Below, in pieces: positions 16,894 through 26,760 of a stretch of DNA of 49,809 nt. Position numbers and translations under genes: made by a program. Every line of letters begins with the position of its first letter. Positions within the stretch are counted from its first letter, which is position 1. The notes under the pieces are model-generated. The model saw only the letters and a list, made by a program, of their open reading frames with translations, searched no databases and was not told the DNA's origin. The stretch is from Candidatus Woesearchaeota archaeon (lineage in GTDB: Archaea > Nanobdellota > Nanobdellia > Woesearchaeales > JAGWAF01): NCBI GenBank assembly GCA_018303205.1, contig JAGVYP010000019.1, forward strand, positions 1 to 49,809, read 5' to 3'.

Positions 16894-18111
16894 ATGGAAA
16901 ATGCGCTTATGGAAAATTTAGCAGCCTATGCTGCCAAGCAACAAACTATCACGATAGAAGATCTGAGAAGTATGAGTAGTGATACCGGAAAAGTTTTTTT
17001 CAAAGCATTTTGCAGTTTTTTAGCAGGAAAATATCCGGAAAAAGATGATACGATAGTGGAAGGCATCCTCAACATAAAATCGCATGGACAGGGTATTCAT
17101 ATTCCGGAAACAGTAAAACGGAAAGGAATAGCGGCATTTCCCAAAGGGTATCTTGAAGAAAATCAAATGCCAGTACATGAAAATCTTGCTCAGGTAAAGA
17201 TACTACATAACGAAAAAGCATTTCCTATTGAAACCTTTTTTTCAAGAACAACAAGAAATATTTTATTATACGCAAAAGAGAAAGGAGCAAACTGTATATC
17301 AAAATCATATAGGATGGATAAACAAGTAAAAGAAATACATTCTACCATCGATTTTCTAAAATTATTTGAAAGAAGAACAAAACAACTAGAGCATATAAGA
17401 AAATTGGATGATAAAGAAGTACCGTTATTTCCTGAGATTATTACATTCGCCTTAGAAGCTCCCTCAGTTTTATTTGAAGCTGAAAAACAAAAAGAACAAT
17501 TGGTTATTGCATTGCCAGGAACATTAGGAAATCATGCTGAAAAAGATCATGAGCAAGTATTTTGTTATTTTAACAACGAAGCAATTTTTGCAAATGAAAT
17601 GATAAAAAAAGGAAAGAAGATAACCATTCTTGATATTGATGCCAGTTTTGGCAATGGAACATATCATCTTCTTTTAGGAAAACAAAATATAACTTTGATG
17701 GGGATACAAGTAAATCCTGAGGTAGATCCTACTCTTTATGAAAGAGATGCTCTAACACAGAAAAATAGTTTTCAACATAACCTTGAATTAGGAACAAACG
17801 GTAAAACCTATCTTGAAGTATTGAAAGAAGCGCTAAAAAAAATACCTGAACATACTGATATTCTTCTTATTACGGGAGGAGTGAATCAATATCTTTATGA
17901 TAGTTGTGGATTGTTATGCGTAGAAGCACAGTATTTTGAGAAAATAGGAAAAGCAATTGCTGAAGCAGCAAAAGATATTCCAAAAATCATTCTTACGCAA
18001 GCAGGAGGTTTTGAAAAAGATTCTCATATTCTTTTCCTTGATCTTGCATCAGGAATACAAAAAAACTTAGGAGGTAAACAAACATGGCATACGAACAAAG
18101 CCCAGAAATAA
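16894..18111 (+). CDS. Histone-deacetylase/acetylpolyamine amidohydrolase-fold protein with a degenerate active site
   Basis: GNHA, FCYFNN.AI, ILDIDASFGNGT, GGVNQYLYDSCG and QAGGF align to canonical GHHA, GFC.FNN, D.D.HHGNGT, G.D....DP.G and EGGY. Confidence 0.75.
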   Translation: MENALMENLAAYAAKQQTITIEDLRSMSSDTGKVFFKAFCSFLAGKYPEKDDTIVEGILNIKSHGQGIHIPETVKRKGIAAFPKGYLEENQMPVHENLAQVKILHNEKAFPIETFFSRTTRNILLYAKEKGANCISKSYRMDKQVKEIHSTIDFLKLFERRTKQLEHIRKLDDKEVPLFPEIITFALEAPSVLFEAEKQKEQLVIALPGTLGNHAEKDHEQVFCYFNNEAIFANEMIKKGKKITILDIDASFGNGTYHLLLGKQNITLMGIQVNPEVDPTLYERDALTQKNSFQHNLELGTNGKTYLEVLKEALKKIPEHTDILLITGGVNQYLYDSCGLLCVEAQYFEKIGKAIAEAAKDIPKIILTQAGGFEKDSHILFLDLASGIQKNLGGKQTWHTNKAQK

Positions 18112-18497
18112 AGAGTTATTTGCAAATAAACAAAGTAGGAAAAGCACTCGAGTATCAGACAACAAGGGGTGCATTAAGACCAAGAGTTGTAAGTCCATTG
18201 CAAGCAAACCAGAACTATGGTGAAGCAGTAGAATATGTAGAACAAAGACTGGCTGAACTAAGGAGAGCGTACAAAGAACAAGTGCCTGGCAAAGATGCAG
18301 TGCAGTATGGAGTTTGGCAAAGTATACAAAGCGTTGTGAAGGCATACACAGAAAAGGAACCAGATACCTACGAAAAAGCAAGAGAAGCATTGGCAAAAAT
18401 AAAAGAAGATTTGGGTAAGAATGATGCACTTTCATTACAAGTAGGAAAACAAGTTGGTTTTGTCATAGAAAGAGAAGAAGATTGTGTTGGATTTTGA
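18084..18497 (+). CDS. Hypothetical protein
   Basis: 137-aa ORF with a strong GGAGGT RBS, overlapping both neighbours in the operon. Confidence 0.7.
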   Translation: MAYEQSPEIKSYLQINKVGKALEYQTTRGALRPRVVSPLQANQNYGEAVEYVEQRLAELRRAYKEQVPGKDAVQYGVWQSIQSVVKAYTEKEPDTYEKAREALAKIKEDLGKNDALSLQVGKQVGFVIEREEDCVGF

Positions 18498-18502
18498 TAA
18501 AA

Positions 18503-19351
18503 ATGAGTGAGTACAGCAGAAAAATTACAGAAAATGTAGTGCAAACCTTGAAAGACAGTTTAGCACCCAGATTAGCTACAGGATATTATGTCATGTTAAG
18601 TGCTGGACCGGGAGTTGGTAACACAGGAGCTCCTGGAATGTCCAGCGCTGTGGCTCTGAGATTATGTGTAGAAGCTGTTGGCCCAGAATATGTAAAAGCA
18701 GTTACGTTTACTCTTGATGGATATACCAGACCTGATTGGGTTGCGAAAGCAGGAGCATATGCTCATCAGCTTGGTGTTCTCTGGGAAACCGTGGATATGA
18801 CAAAAGCAATACAGCCGTATGCAAAACAAATGGAAATGCATCCTGCATCTGCTGCAACCAGTTTTAGATCACTTTTTGCAAAAGATCTTGCACACAAATT
18901 AGGATATCTTTCTGTAGCAGGTTATACGCTCATTTCTAGCGCATTTTATGCAGTAGATCAGATTAATGACGCTGCAAGAGTAGCCCCTGTTGGGAATTTT
19001 GATAGGTCAACGACGATTGCAATAGGAAAAGCATTGGGAATTGATGGAAATATTCTTTATCAAAGACCAAGCAATGGTGCAATTGAAGAAGGAAACAGGA
19101 CGATGAGCCGCATTTTTACAAAGCATCATGAATGGAATTTAGATTTATCAAGAATACTCGACCAATTTCTTTTAAATTTGCAATCAGGAAAACCTGTTTT
19201 GGAAGGAATAGCAGAAAGTGATGATGAGAAAATAAAAATTGCAGCAAGAAATGCTGAACAAGCATATCATACTTTAAAGGGGCAACTTGAAGTGATCATG
19301 GGAGAAAATGCTACTCACGAAGAAAGACAAATTTTTCTTTTTGAATCTTAA
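18503..19351 (+). CDS. NH3-dependent NAD+ synthetase (NadE)-fold protein with a degenerate active site
   Basis: V.LSAG...GMSSAVA..LCVEAVGPE.VKAV, LG......D, P.G..D......IG..LGI...IL...PS follow the NadE layout, but the SGGxDS PP-loop is broken. Confidence 0.6.
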   Translation: MSEYSRKITENVVQTLKDSLAPRLATGYYVMLSAGPGVGNTGAPGMSSAVALRLCVEAVGPEYVKAVTFTLDGYTRPDWVAKAGAYAHQLGVLWETVDMTKAIQPYAKQMEMHPASAATSFRSLFAKDLAHKLGYLSVAGYTLISSAFYAVDQINDAARVAPVGNFDRSTTIAIGKALGIDGNILYQRPSNGAIEEGNRTMSRIFTKHHEWNLDLSRILDQFLLNLQSGKPVLEGIAESDDEKIKIAARNAEQAYHTLKGQLEVIMGENATHEERQIFLFES

Positions 19352-19704
19352 TTAAAGTATCTTGGATCATCTGACCTAATAGTTATTTCTGTCGGGTTTT
19401 TTCTTTTTTGGATAATGTTTTCAGGACTTTTATTTTCATTTTTTCCGTTCAGATTAATAACATTGTTGATTTCAAAGATTTTCTTTGCATTCACATTTCC
19501 GCAAGACAAACAAGAAAAATAAACACCCCATTTTCCTGTCTTGAGATCAGCAAATTTTCCACAAACGCATTTCATTTCTCCGAGAAGAGCAGAAATATGG
19601 TTTCTACAAACAATTAAGCCTTGTTTGTTGAATGTTATTGCTTGCTGATCGCAAAAAGGACATTTTTCAACCTTGCTCTTTCCGTATTTTTTTGGGATGA
19701 ACAT
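19348..19704 (-). CDS. Zinc-ribbon hypothetical protein
   Basis: CPFC, C..H, CVCG and CLSCG pairs; C-terminal IRSDDPRY. Confidence 0.75.
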   Translation of the reverse strand: MFIPKKYGKSKVEKCPFCDQQAITFNKQGLIVCRNHISALLGEMKCVCGKFADLKTGKWGVYFSCLSCGNVNAKKIFEINNVINLNGKNENKSPENIIQKRKNPTEITIRSDDPRYFN

Positions 19705-19725
19705 GATTTTGATTTATTATAATGA

Positions 19726-20643
19726 TTATTTAAAGTTGTCTCTTTTCTTTAGCAGTTTCTTGTCTTTAGCATCTTTTTTTGGCAGTAAGAAATGTAATCC
19801 TAGAACAATAAGTACGATGCTTCCAATCATAGAAAGAGTGAGAATTTCTTCGAAAAAAAGAAAGGAAAGTATTGCTACAAAAACAGGAACGAAAGTATAA
19901 ACAAAACTTGATGTTTTGGTTGCTCCTAGTTTATGAATACTCATATTAAACAAGAGATGACCGATTCCTGATGCGAAAATACCCATGTACAAAATAGAAA
20001 AGAAAGAAGTCATCGAAATAGTTTGTAGTTGAGTTATCCCTCCTTCAAAAAGTGATAAAAAGAAAAGAAAGAAGACTCCTGTTAAGGAAGCATAGAAAGT
20101 GATAGTAAAACTATGATATACTTTTGATAAATGTTTGATAAGAAGTGTATAAAAAACAGAACAAAGAACCGCAAGGAGCATGAGAAGATCTCCGAAATTA
20201 AAGTTAAGAGTGAGTAATACGGTAAGATTTCCTTTTGTTAAGAGAAGAAGTACTCCTAAAAAACTTAAGAGGACACCTACATAATTTTTCTTGGTAAGTC
20301 TTTCTTTGAGAAAAAATGCTGCTCCTATTCCTGTAAGAATGGGAATAAAAGCATTAAGAATTGCTGTATTCGTAACAGAAGTATAATGAAGACTGCTGAA
20401 GAAAAAATAGTGATAAAGCACAATTCCTGAAATTCCTAAGAGACTGAAAAGAATAAGATGTTTTTTCTGTATGTATAACAGTTTAGGTTTATAATAAAAA
20501 ATGAGAAATGATAGAAAAATGAGTGCGACAACGTAGCGAAGAAAAGAGGTTGTTAAAGGTCCAAGATCATAGGTGGTGTATTTTCCAGCTATAAAACTGC
20601 CTGCGAAAAACAAAGCAGTGAAAAAAGGTAGGAAGATATTCAT
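19726..20643 (-). CDS. DMT/EamA-family transporter
   Basis: About 10 TM helices in two EamA repeats (FLKERL; FFEEILT). Confidence 0.9.
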   Translation of the reverse strand: MNIFLPFFTALFFAGSFIAGKYTTYDLGPLTTSFLRYVVALIFLSFLIFYYKPKLLYIQKKHLILFSLLGISGIVLYHYFFFSSLHYTSVTNTAILNAFIPILTGIGAAFFLKERLTKKNYVGVLLSFLGVLLLLTKGNLTVLLTLNFNFGDLLMLLAVLCSVFYTLLIKHLSKVYHSFTITFYASLTGVFFLFFLSLFEGGITQLQTISMTSFFSILYMGIFASGIGHLLFNMSIHKLGATKTSSFVYTFVPVFVAILSFLFFEEILTLSMIGSIVLIVLGLHFLLPKKDAKDKKLLKKRDNFK

Positions 20644-20692
20644 GAAAGATCAGAAATCGTTTAGTTTAAAAAAGTATGGAATGAAAAATCCA

Positions 20693-21433
20693 TTAAAATC
20701 CCCCTAGTGTTTTCTGTTTTGCATCAAAGCGTTCTAGATACTTAGGAGGCTTTACTGCGACAAAGCTAAAGCCTTCTTGGAGTAAAAGAGCTTCTGCGTT
20801 TGAACTTATTTCAGGAGCAGCAAGAATGCCCCTCACAAAAGAGATTCCTTTTGCTTGCTTGATTTTCTCAACATATCTTTTTAATTGCTCAACTGCTTTG
20901 AAATCTGCAGTATACCGTTTACATTCAACAACAACGAGATTATTATTTTTATCATAACCAAAAAGGTCGATAAAACCAAATTGGGTTTGTTCTTCCATGC
21001 TTAAGGGTTTAAATCCCATTTCAAGCATTTCAGGCTGTTCAAAAAGCATTTGTGCCATATCCTTTTCTGTTCCACTCAAGGCTATCTTTTGACCATCTTC
21101 AAGATATTTATTTTCAAAAAAATGAACTCCTTGAATTTCAATATCCATGTACTCCTTATGTTCAAGATTGCGAGAACGCAAGAAGTATTTTCCTTCATCA
21201 AAGGTAATGCTATGACTGCTTCCTGGCTTCATATAATTCACAGGAACATTACCTGTAGGCTGATGCACCAAAAGAGTATGATCTGCTTTAAGAATAATAA
21301 GACGCTCTCCAAAGGGAAGAAAGCTTTCTGCTCTTCCGCTATACAGCACAGAACAGGTACAACCTATAACAACAACTTCATTTTTCTTTAATGCATTCTG
21401 TAAGAGCCGTGCATAATCACTCAGTTCAAGCAT
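20693..21433 (-). CDS. nucS: Mismatch-specific endonuclease NucS/EndoMS
   Basis: YSGRAES.L..GER..I.K.D...LVH....PVNY, then GFIDL...VVVECKR, AVEQLKRY and RGILAAP. Confidence 0.92.
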   Translation of the reverse strand: MLELSDYARLLQNALKKNEVVVIGCTCSVLYSGRAESFLPFGERLIILKADHTLLVHQPTGNVPVNYMKPGSSHSITFDEGKYFLRSRNLEHKEYMDIEIQGVHFFENKYLEDGQKIALSGTEKDMAQMLFEQPEMLEMGFKPLSMEEQTQFGFIDLFGYDKNNNLVVVECKRYTADFKAVEQLKRYVEKIKQAKGISFVRGILAAPEISSNAEALLLQEGFSFVAVKPPKYLERFDAKQKTLGGF

Positions 21434-21509
21434 AAAAAAAAGAAAAGAAAACTGGTTTAAAAGGCTTTTCTATTGAAAGACTCTGTCCCAAATCTCACTA
21501 TCGTTCGGG

Positions 21510-21586
21510 TTAGCAGCTTCTCGTGTAGCTCTTCTTTTTGTTGATGAGTGCCATTTCCCGTCTGGAGCATCCCCTTTGTCACTATC
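21510..21586 (-). repeat. Family B element, 5'-truncated copy B3 on the minus strand
   Basis: The reverse complement GATAGTGACAAAGGGGATGCTCCAGACGGGAAATGGCACTCATCAACAAAAAGAAGAGCTACACGAGAAG matches the B1 interior and 3' motif. It starts immediately after the stop of 21587..22372. Confidence 0.8.
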
Positions 21587-22372
21587 TTATTTTTTTCTCA
21601 TATAATCAACCAGTAAATATACACCTAAAGAAAAAAGAACTCCGATGAAAAACCATAAAGCAATATTATGCCACAAAGAAGGCTCTGTGCTTATTTGTTG
21701 GATAATCGTTTCTTTTGTAACAACTTGAGCAAGCTCTTGTCCTGTTGTATTTGCTATTTCATCAGAAACATCTTGGGCTAGAGAAGGCACTGCTTGTTCA
21801 AGAACAAGACTTGTTCCTTCCTCAGCTGATTTCTCTACTGCAACCTCTGAAGCCATACGAAGAGCATCATAGCTTGCTTCCTCAACAAAAGGTTGAGCAG
21901 CTTGCTGCACCATCTGCTGAGCTACAGGAGTACTTTCTGTAAAAACCTGTTCTTGCATGGTTTGAGCAACAGGAAAATATCGCGAAAGCCATTGGACAAG
22001 AGCAGTAATGCCTACTGCAGCAAGAAGAACAGGAAGGATACTCCTCAGTTTTTCCTTAAATCCATGTACCCCCTTAGGTGCAATGATAATATACTGATTA
22101 GCAAGACTGTAATGATTAACCTCTTTTCCTTTGACTGAATAATGGAACTCCTCAATTTTTACAAGGCCACCTTTAACTAAGAGTTGGAGATTGTAATGAA
22201 CAGTAGGCAAGGGAACAGCTAAATCTTGAGAAACTTGACTTTCAGTAATGCTTTCATGTTCTGAAAGATAGTCAAGAATTCTTCTACAGGTAGCATTACT
22301 AATCACTTGAGCGAGTTCTGCAGCTTTTTGATCTTGTAAGGAAACCAGTAAAAACTTATTTTTCTTTCCCAT
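21587..22372 (-). CDS. ArsR-type HTH protein with two transmembrane helices
   Basis: ISNATCRRILDYL...TES.VS..L.VPL.TVHYNL..L...GLV HTH. TM segments at about aa 112-130 and at the C-terminus flank a Q/E/A-rich linker. Confidence 0.8.
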   Translation of the reverse strand: MGKKNKFLLVSLQDQKAAELAQVISNATCRRILDYLSEHESITESQVSQDLAVPLPTVHYNLQLLVKGGLVKIEEFHYSVKGKEVNHYSLANQYIIIAPKGVHGFKEKLRSILPVLLAAVGITALVQWLSRYFPVAQTMQEQVFTESTPVAQQMVQQAAQPFVEEASYDALRMASEVAVEKSAEEGTSLVLEQAVPSLAQDVSDEIANTTGQELAQVVTKETIIQQISTEPSLWHNIALWFFIGVLFSLGVYLLVDYMRKK

Positions 22373-22532
22373 AGTAATGATAAGGAAGTCTGTTTTTAAA
22401 TAGGTATCGATGAGTTTGAATGAAGTGGAAGTCTAGAATAACGTATCTTGGTATTTTTCATTTATTGAAATTTATATTTTTTTATAAGGTAATATTGCTA
22501 CAAAGAAAATAAAAAAAATCATAAAAAATACA

Positions 22533-22913
22533 TTACCAAGAACGACATTTTGCAACACCAATGATGGGTACGCTATCATCTGTTATCTCTTTGCCAGCTG
22601 CGTCTATACAAAGATCACACTCACCAGAACACTCATCATTGCTTTCACATACCATTCCACAAGCTGAAGAAGATATAAGAATAGGTTTAGGAGGTGGTGT
22701 GGGAGGAGGAGTAGCTCTCATTAATTCTGGTTTTAAGCTACCATAATGCATAAGTTCAGGGTATGCTTTGCCGGTAGTATCTTGTTCTATAGGATTTATA
22801 ATTGATATGGGTAATACAAGAACAACTAAAGCTACAATAGCAACGATCGCAACAAGAGAAAGCATGACAAAGTTTGATTTTTTGATTTTTCTTCCATAAC
22901 GCATTTTTAGCAA
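22533..22913 (-). CDS. Membrane-anchored Cys-rich hypothetical protein
   Basis: N-terminal hydrophobic anchor, TTGKA, poly-Pro linker and a 6-Cys C-terminal module. Confidence 0.6.
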   Translation of the reverse strand: MLKMRYGRKIKKSNFVMLSLVAIVAIVALVVLVLPISIINPIEQDTTGKAYPELMHYGSLKPELMRATPPPTPPPKPILISSSACGMVCESNDECSGECDLCIDAAGKEITDDSVPIIGVAKCRSW

Positions 22914-22951
22914 TTAGGATATATAAAAACATCGTTTTGGAGCAGTGATCT

Positions 22952-22965
22952 GAAAGATTTATATA
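22952..22965 (+). promoter_or_regulatory. BRE-TATA promoter, probably leaderless
   Basis: GAAAGA-TTTATATA ends about 22 nt before ATG 22987. Confidence 0.6.
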
Positions 22966-22986
22966 GGTAAGAGTGTAAAAACAGCT

Positions 22987-23694
22987 ATGATAGACCCTAT
23001 ACCCTTAGTGATCATTTTTGGTATTATCCTCACGGTTGTTCATTATTTTTCAGAAAGTATTGGAGCTCATTTTAAGAAATACCGAGTAAAATTAGTCTCA
23101 TTCTCAGCAGGGGTGTCTATTGCTTATTTTTTCCTGATGCTCATGCCTGAAATTTACGGAGGAATAGAAAGCCTTGACAAGTTTATTTTTGTATACATCC
23201 TTATCGGTTTTATTCTATTCCATTTGATAGAAAAATACCTCTACCAGCATGAAGAAAAAGAAAGACTGATTGAAGAATTGAAGGAAGCACACTCTCTGGT
23301 ATTTTTTGTCTACCATTTTGTGGTAGGAATGGTCCTCGTAAACATTACTTTGAGAAATATCACAGAGGGAATTTTGTTATTCATTCCCTTGCTTTTTCAT
23401 CTTTCTATTACTAATGTTTCACTTCGTGAAATTCATCATAGCTTGATAGAAAGAAAATTCGCTAGATTTTTTCTCTGTCTTTCAACGATCTTAGGAATTC
23501 TTTTCGCTTCTTTTATTCAGATAAGCGCTATGCTCTATTTTACTCTTTTTGCATTTATCGGAGGAGCAATTCTTTACATCGTTGTCAGAGAAGAGATTCC
23601 GGAAGAAAAAAGAGGAAAACCCGGGTATTTTATTCTAGGAACCTTTTTGTATACCCTCCTTATTATTCTGCTCTGGCTCTTAGAAGGAATTTGA
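22987..23694 (+). CDS. ZIP-like metal transporter membrane protein
   Basis: SFSAGVSIAY.FL.LMPE, His residues in the TM segments, AFIGGAILYIVVREEIPE. Confidence 0.7.
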   Translation: MIDPIPLVIIFGIILTVVHYFSESIGAHFKKYRVKLVSFSAGVSIAYFFLMLMPEIYGGIESLDKFIFVYILIGFILFHLIEKYLYQHEEKERLIEELKEAHSLVFFVYHFVVGMVLVNITLRNITEGILLFIPLLFHLSITNVSLREIHHSLIERKFARFFLCLSTILGILFASFIQISAMLYFTLFAFIGGAILYIVVREEIPEEKRGKPGYFILGTFLYTLLIILLWLLEGI

Positions 23695-23923
23695 GCAAAA
23701 AAAACATCCGTTTTACAAATTTTATAGTTTTTTAGTCATTTATATCTATTTTATCATCTATTATTCTTGTTTATTTTTTGAATTTTTTTTAAAAAGTTAA
23801 AAATTTGTTTTTAATTTTCACAACATAGTGAAAAAATAAACGATAAAGAAGAGAGAAAAAGTACCCGCCAAAAAATAAGAATCGAAAAGCAACTTTTATA
23901 TACCTTAACAAAACAAAGAAGGT

Positions 23924-25159
23924 ATGCATCAAGATCTTGTGAAGAACATTAAAGAACAGACAAAGATCAAAGGAATGATAACCCCTTGCTATGACGGATT
24001 AAATCTTGTCAATATCAGTAATAGTATACTCCAACACTTCAAGGCAAAAGCTCCCAATCCTGGAATAAAAGATCTCCCCCCTGAAATGTTCAAAGGAGTA
24101 AAGCATGTTGTTTTATTTCTCATAGATGGCCTAGGTTATCATCAACTACTCAACACCACACAGAAAAATAAAAATCTTCATTTGAAAAAAATAATGGAAA
24201 AGGACTTCTTTTTTCCACTGACCAGTGTTTGTCCTTCTACGACTGCAACTGCATTAACGAGCGTGAATACTGCTCTTGCACCTACCCAACACGGCTTTGT
24301 AGGCTATAATCTTTTCTTAAAAGAATTTGGTGCAATAAGCAATATGATGCGCTTTAAAGCTACAGTTGCACAAGAAAGTTATACTGCACTGGGTGTAGAA
24401 GCAAGAGAATTTTTTCCTCTTCCAACAATATACCATCGCTTAGCAAAAAGCAAAGTGAAAGGTTTTACATTAATGCCTGAGGACATTGCAAACTCTGGAT
24501 TATCAGAAATGACCCATCATGGAGGAGAAAGCATGGAGTATATTTCTACTGCTCACATGTGCACACAATTACGCAAAAACATTATGCTTAATACCACAAA
24601 AAAAACTTTTACTTATGTGTACACTCCTTTTGTGGATACCCTTAATCATGTCTATGGAGATCAAAGTGAAGAATCAGAAGCACAGATTGCAAGCCTTGAC
24701 TTTAGTTTAGCGTATGATCTTTTAGAGAATAAAAAGATAAAAGACACGTTAATACTGATCACTTCTGATCATGGCTTTATTAAAGTCAATCCTAAAAAAA
24801 GAATTAATCTTTTACAACACCAGGAGATTATGCAAAATCTGGTTATGATACCCACAGGAGAATCACGTTTTGTATCGTTGTATGTTAAACAAGGAAAATT
24901 AGAAATGGTAAAAAAATATTGTGAAGATCATTTCGGAAAAAATGCGTTAGTCATGACCATGCAACAAGTGCTCTCTTTAGGATTATTAGGACCTCCCCCT
25001 ATTTTACAAGATACTGCTGATCGTCTTGGAGACCTTATTCTCATTCCAAAAGAGGAGTATACGTTTTCCTTCAAACCCAAACCTTCTGAGATGCTAGGAA
25101 AACATGGAGGCTTAACTGAAGAAGAAATGCTTATTCCCTTGATTGCAAAGCGATTATAA
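23924..25159 (+). CDS. Alkaline phosphatase superfamily nucleotide pyrophosphatase/phosphodiesterase
   Basis: LIDGLG, TSVCPSTTATAL, D..NH.YG, ITSDHG, GKHGGLT.EEM.IP. Confidence 0.9.
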   Translation: MHQDLVKNIKEQTKIKGMITPCYDGLNLVNISNSILQHFKAKAPNPGIKDLPPEMFKGVKHVVLFLIDGLGYHQLLNTTQKNKNLHLKKIMEKDFFFPLTSVCPSTTATALTSVNTALAPTQHGFVGYNLFLKEFGAISNMMRFKATVAQESYTALGVEAREFFPLPTIYHRLAKSKVKGFTLMPEDIANSGLSEMTHHGGESMEYISTAHMCTQLRKNIMLNTTKKTFTYVYTPFVDTLNHVYGDQSEESEAQIASLDFSLAYDLLENKKIKDTLILITSDHGFIKVNPKKRINLLQHQEIMQNLVMIPTGESRFVSLYVKQGKLEMVKKYCEDHFGKNALVMTMQQVLSLGLLGPPPILQDTADRLGDLILIPKEEYTFSFKPKPSEMLGKHGGLTEEEMLIPLIAKRL

Positions 25160-25181
25160 TATTATGCTGAAATTACCTTTA

Positions 25182-25742
25182 TCAATGTAAACTTCTTTTT
25201 TTCCTAAGGAATCGCAGTGTTATCAAAAATGCGATAAAAGAAAATAAGAACATAATGATAAACAAAATTTTAAAGCCAAATACAGAAGCAATAATGGCAC
25301 CAAGAAATGCTGATATTCCCTCAACGATACGAACGGAAGATTCCATGGTACCCCATCCGGAATCCATTTTTGTTTTTGCAAGATTTTTCGAATAAACACT
25401 GTCAAGCGCCGGAGTGCCAAAAGCCCATCCAAAACCTAGAATTGCTTGCACGATGAACAAATGCCAGGGTTTTGTTACAAATAAATAACCAAGAAAACCT
25501 AGAGAAGCAAGGAAAAATCCGAGAACAACAACCAAATGATCTTTTTTGAATTTATCTTCAAGCTTTCCCATAAAGTACAAGGTAATGCCACAAACAATAG
25601 CAAATAAAGACGCTGCCCAACCTGCAGTAAGAATATCTCCTCCGATTCTTTCAACAAAAATTGCGTATATGGGACCGAATAATCCCGCAGAAAATGCGTA
25701 CAGGGACTCTGAATAAAGAAGATACCTTGCTTGCCATTTCAT
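25182..25742 (-). CDS. Half-size (6-TM) MFS transporter-like protein
   Basis: MFS motif-A-like GKLEDKFKK. Only 186 aa with 6 TM helices. Confidence 0.75.
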   Translation of the reverse strand: MKWQARYLLYSESLYAFSAGLFGPIYAIFVERIGGDILTAGWAASLFAIVCGITLYFMGKLEDKFKKDHLVVVLGFFLASLGFLGYLFVTKPWHLFIVQAILGFGWAFGTPALDSVYSKNLAKTKMDSGWGTMESSVRIVEGISAFLGAIIASVFGFKILFIIMFLFSFIAFLITLRFLRKKRSLH

Positions 25743-25812
25743 AGTCTAGACTCTAGACCCTTCGTTATATATAATTTACTATTCCTTATTCTATCATTCT
25801 CAAAAAAAATAG

Positions 25813-25829
25813 CCGAAACCCTTATAAAT
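25813..25829 (+). promoter_or_regulatory. BRE-TATA promoter of the thyA operon
   Basis: CCGAAACC-CTTATAAAT upstream of ATG 25858. Confidence 0.6.
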
Positions 25830-25857
25830 CATGTAGGATTAACAAAAAGGGGGTAAC

Positions 25858-26757
25858 ATGGAGCAGTATTTAGCTTTGCTAAGACATATTCTGGAAAAAG
25901 GAAAAGAAAAGGAAGACAGAACAGGAGTAGGAACAAAAAGCATTTTTGGCTATCAAATGAGATTTGATTTGAGCAAAGGTTTTCCACTTTTAACAACAAA
26001 AAAAGTATATTTACGAGGAATTATACACGAACTTCTTTGGTTTCTTACAGGGAATACCAACATTCGTTATCTTGTGCAAAATGACGTAAAAATTTGGAAC
26101 GATTGGCCTTATGCTGTTTACAAAGAAAGTAAAGAGTATCAAGGAGAGTCTATGGAACAATTTATTGAGAAGATAAAAAATGATTATCATTTTGCAAAAC
26201 AATGGGGAAACTTAGGACCTGTGTATGGAAAACAATGGACTGCATGGGAAGCAGGAGATGGAACAACCATCAATCAGATAAAAAATGTTATAGAGATGAT
26301 TAAGAAAGATCCTAATTCAAGAAGACTCATTGTCAGTGGATGGAATGTTGCAGACATTCAAAGTTTAGTAAAAGGAAAGATAAGTGCTCCTCCTTTATGT
26401 CATACGATGTTTCAGTTTTATGTACAAGATAATAAACTTTCTTGTCAACTCTATCAAAGAAGTGCAGATGTTTTTTTAGGAGTTCCCTTTAACATTGCTT
26501 CCTATTCTTTATTAACCATGATGATAGCTCAAGTCTGTGATTTGCAACCCGGAGAATTCATTCATACCTTTGGTGATGCACATATTTACAACAATCATGC
26601 TGAACAAGTAAAAGAACAATTACAAAGACAGCCCAAACCTTTGCCAAAAATGAGAATAAACGCGGAAGTAAAAGATATTTTTAGTTTCAAGTTTGAAGAT
26701 TTCACACTTGAAGAGTATGACCCTCATCCACCTATTAAAGCACCGATTGCAGTGTAG
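25858..26757 (+). CDS. thyA: Thymidylate synthase, bacterial type
   Basis: [65 protein letters not shown]. Confidence 0.97.
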   Translation: MEQYLALLRHILEKGKEKEDRTGVGTKSIFGYQMRFDLSKGFPLLTTKKVYLRGIIHELLWFLTGNTNIRYLVQNDVKIWNDWPYAVYKESKEYQGESMEQFIEKIKNDYHFAKQWGNLGPVYGKQWTAWEAGDGTTINQIKNVIEMIKKDPNSRRLIVSGWNVADIQSLVKGKISAPPLCHTMFQFYVQDNKLSCQLYQRSADVFLGVPFNIASYSLLTMMIAQVCDLQPGEFIHTFGDAHIYNNHAEQVKEQLQRQPKPLPKMRINAEVKDIFSFKFEDFTLEEYDPHPPIKAPIAV

Positions 26758-26760
26758 AAA

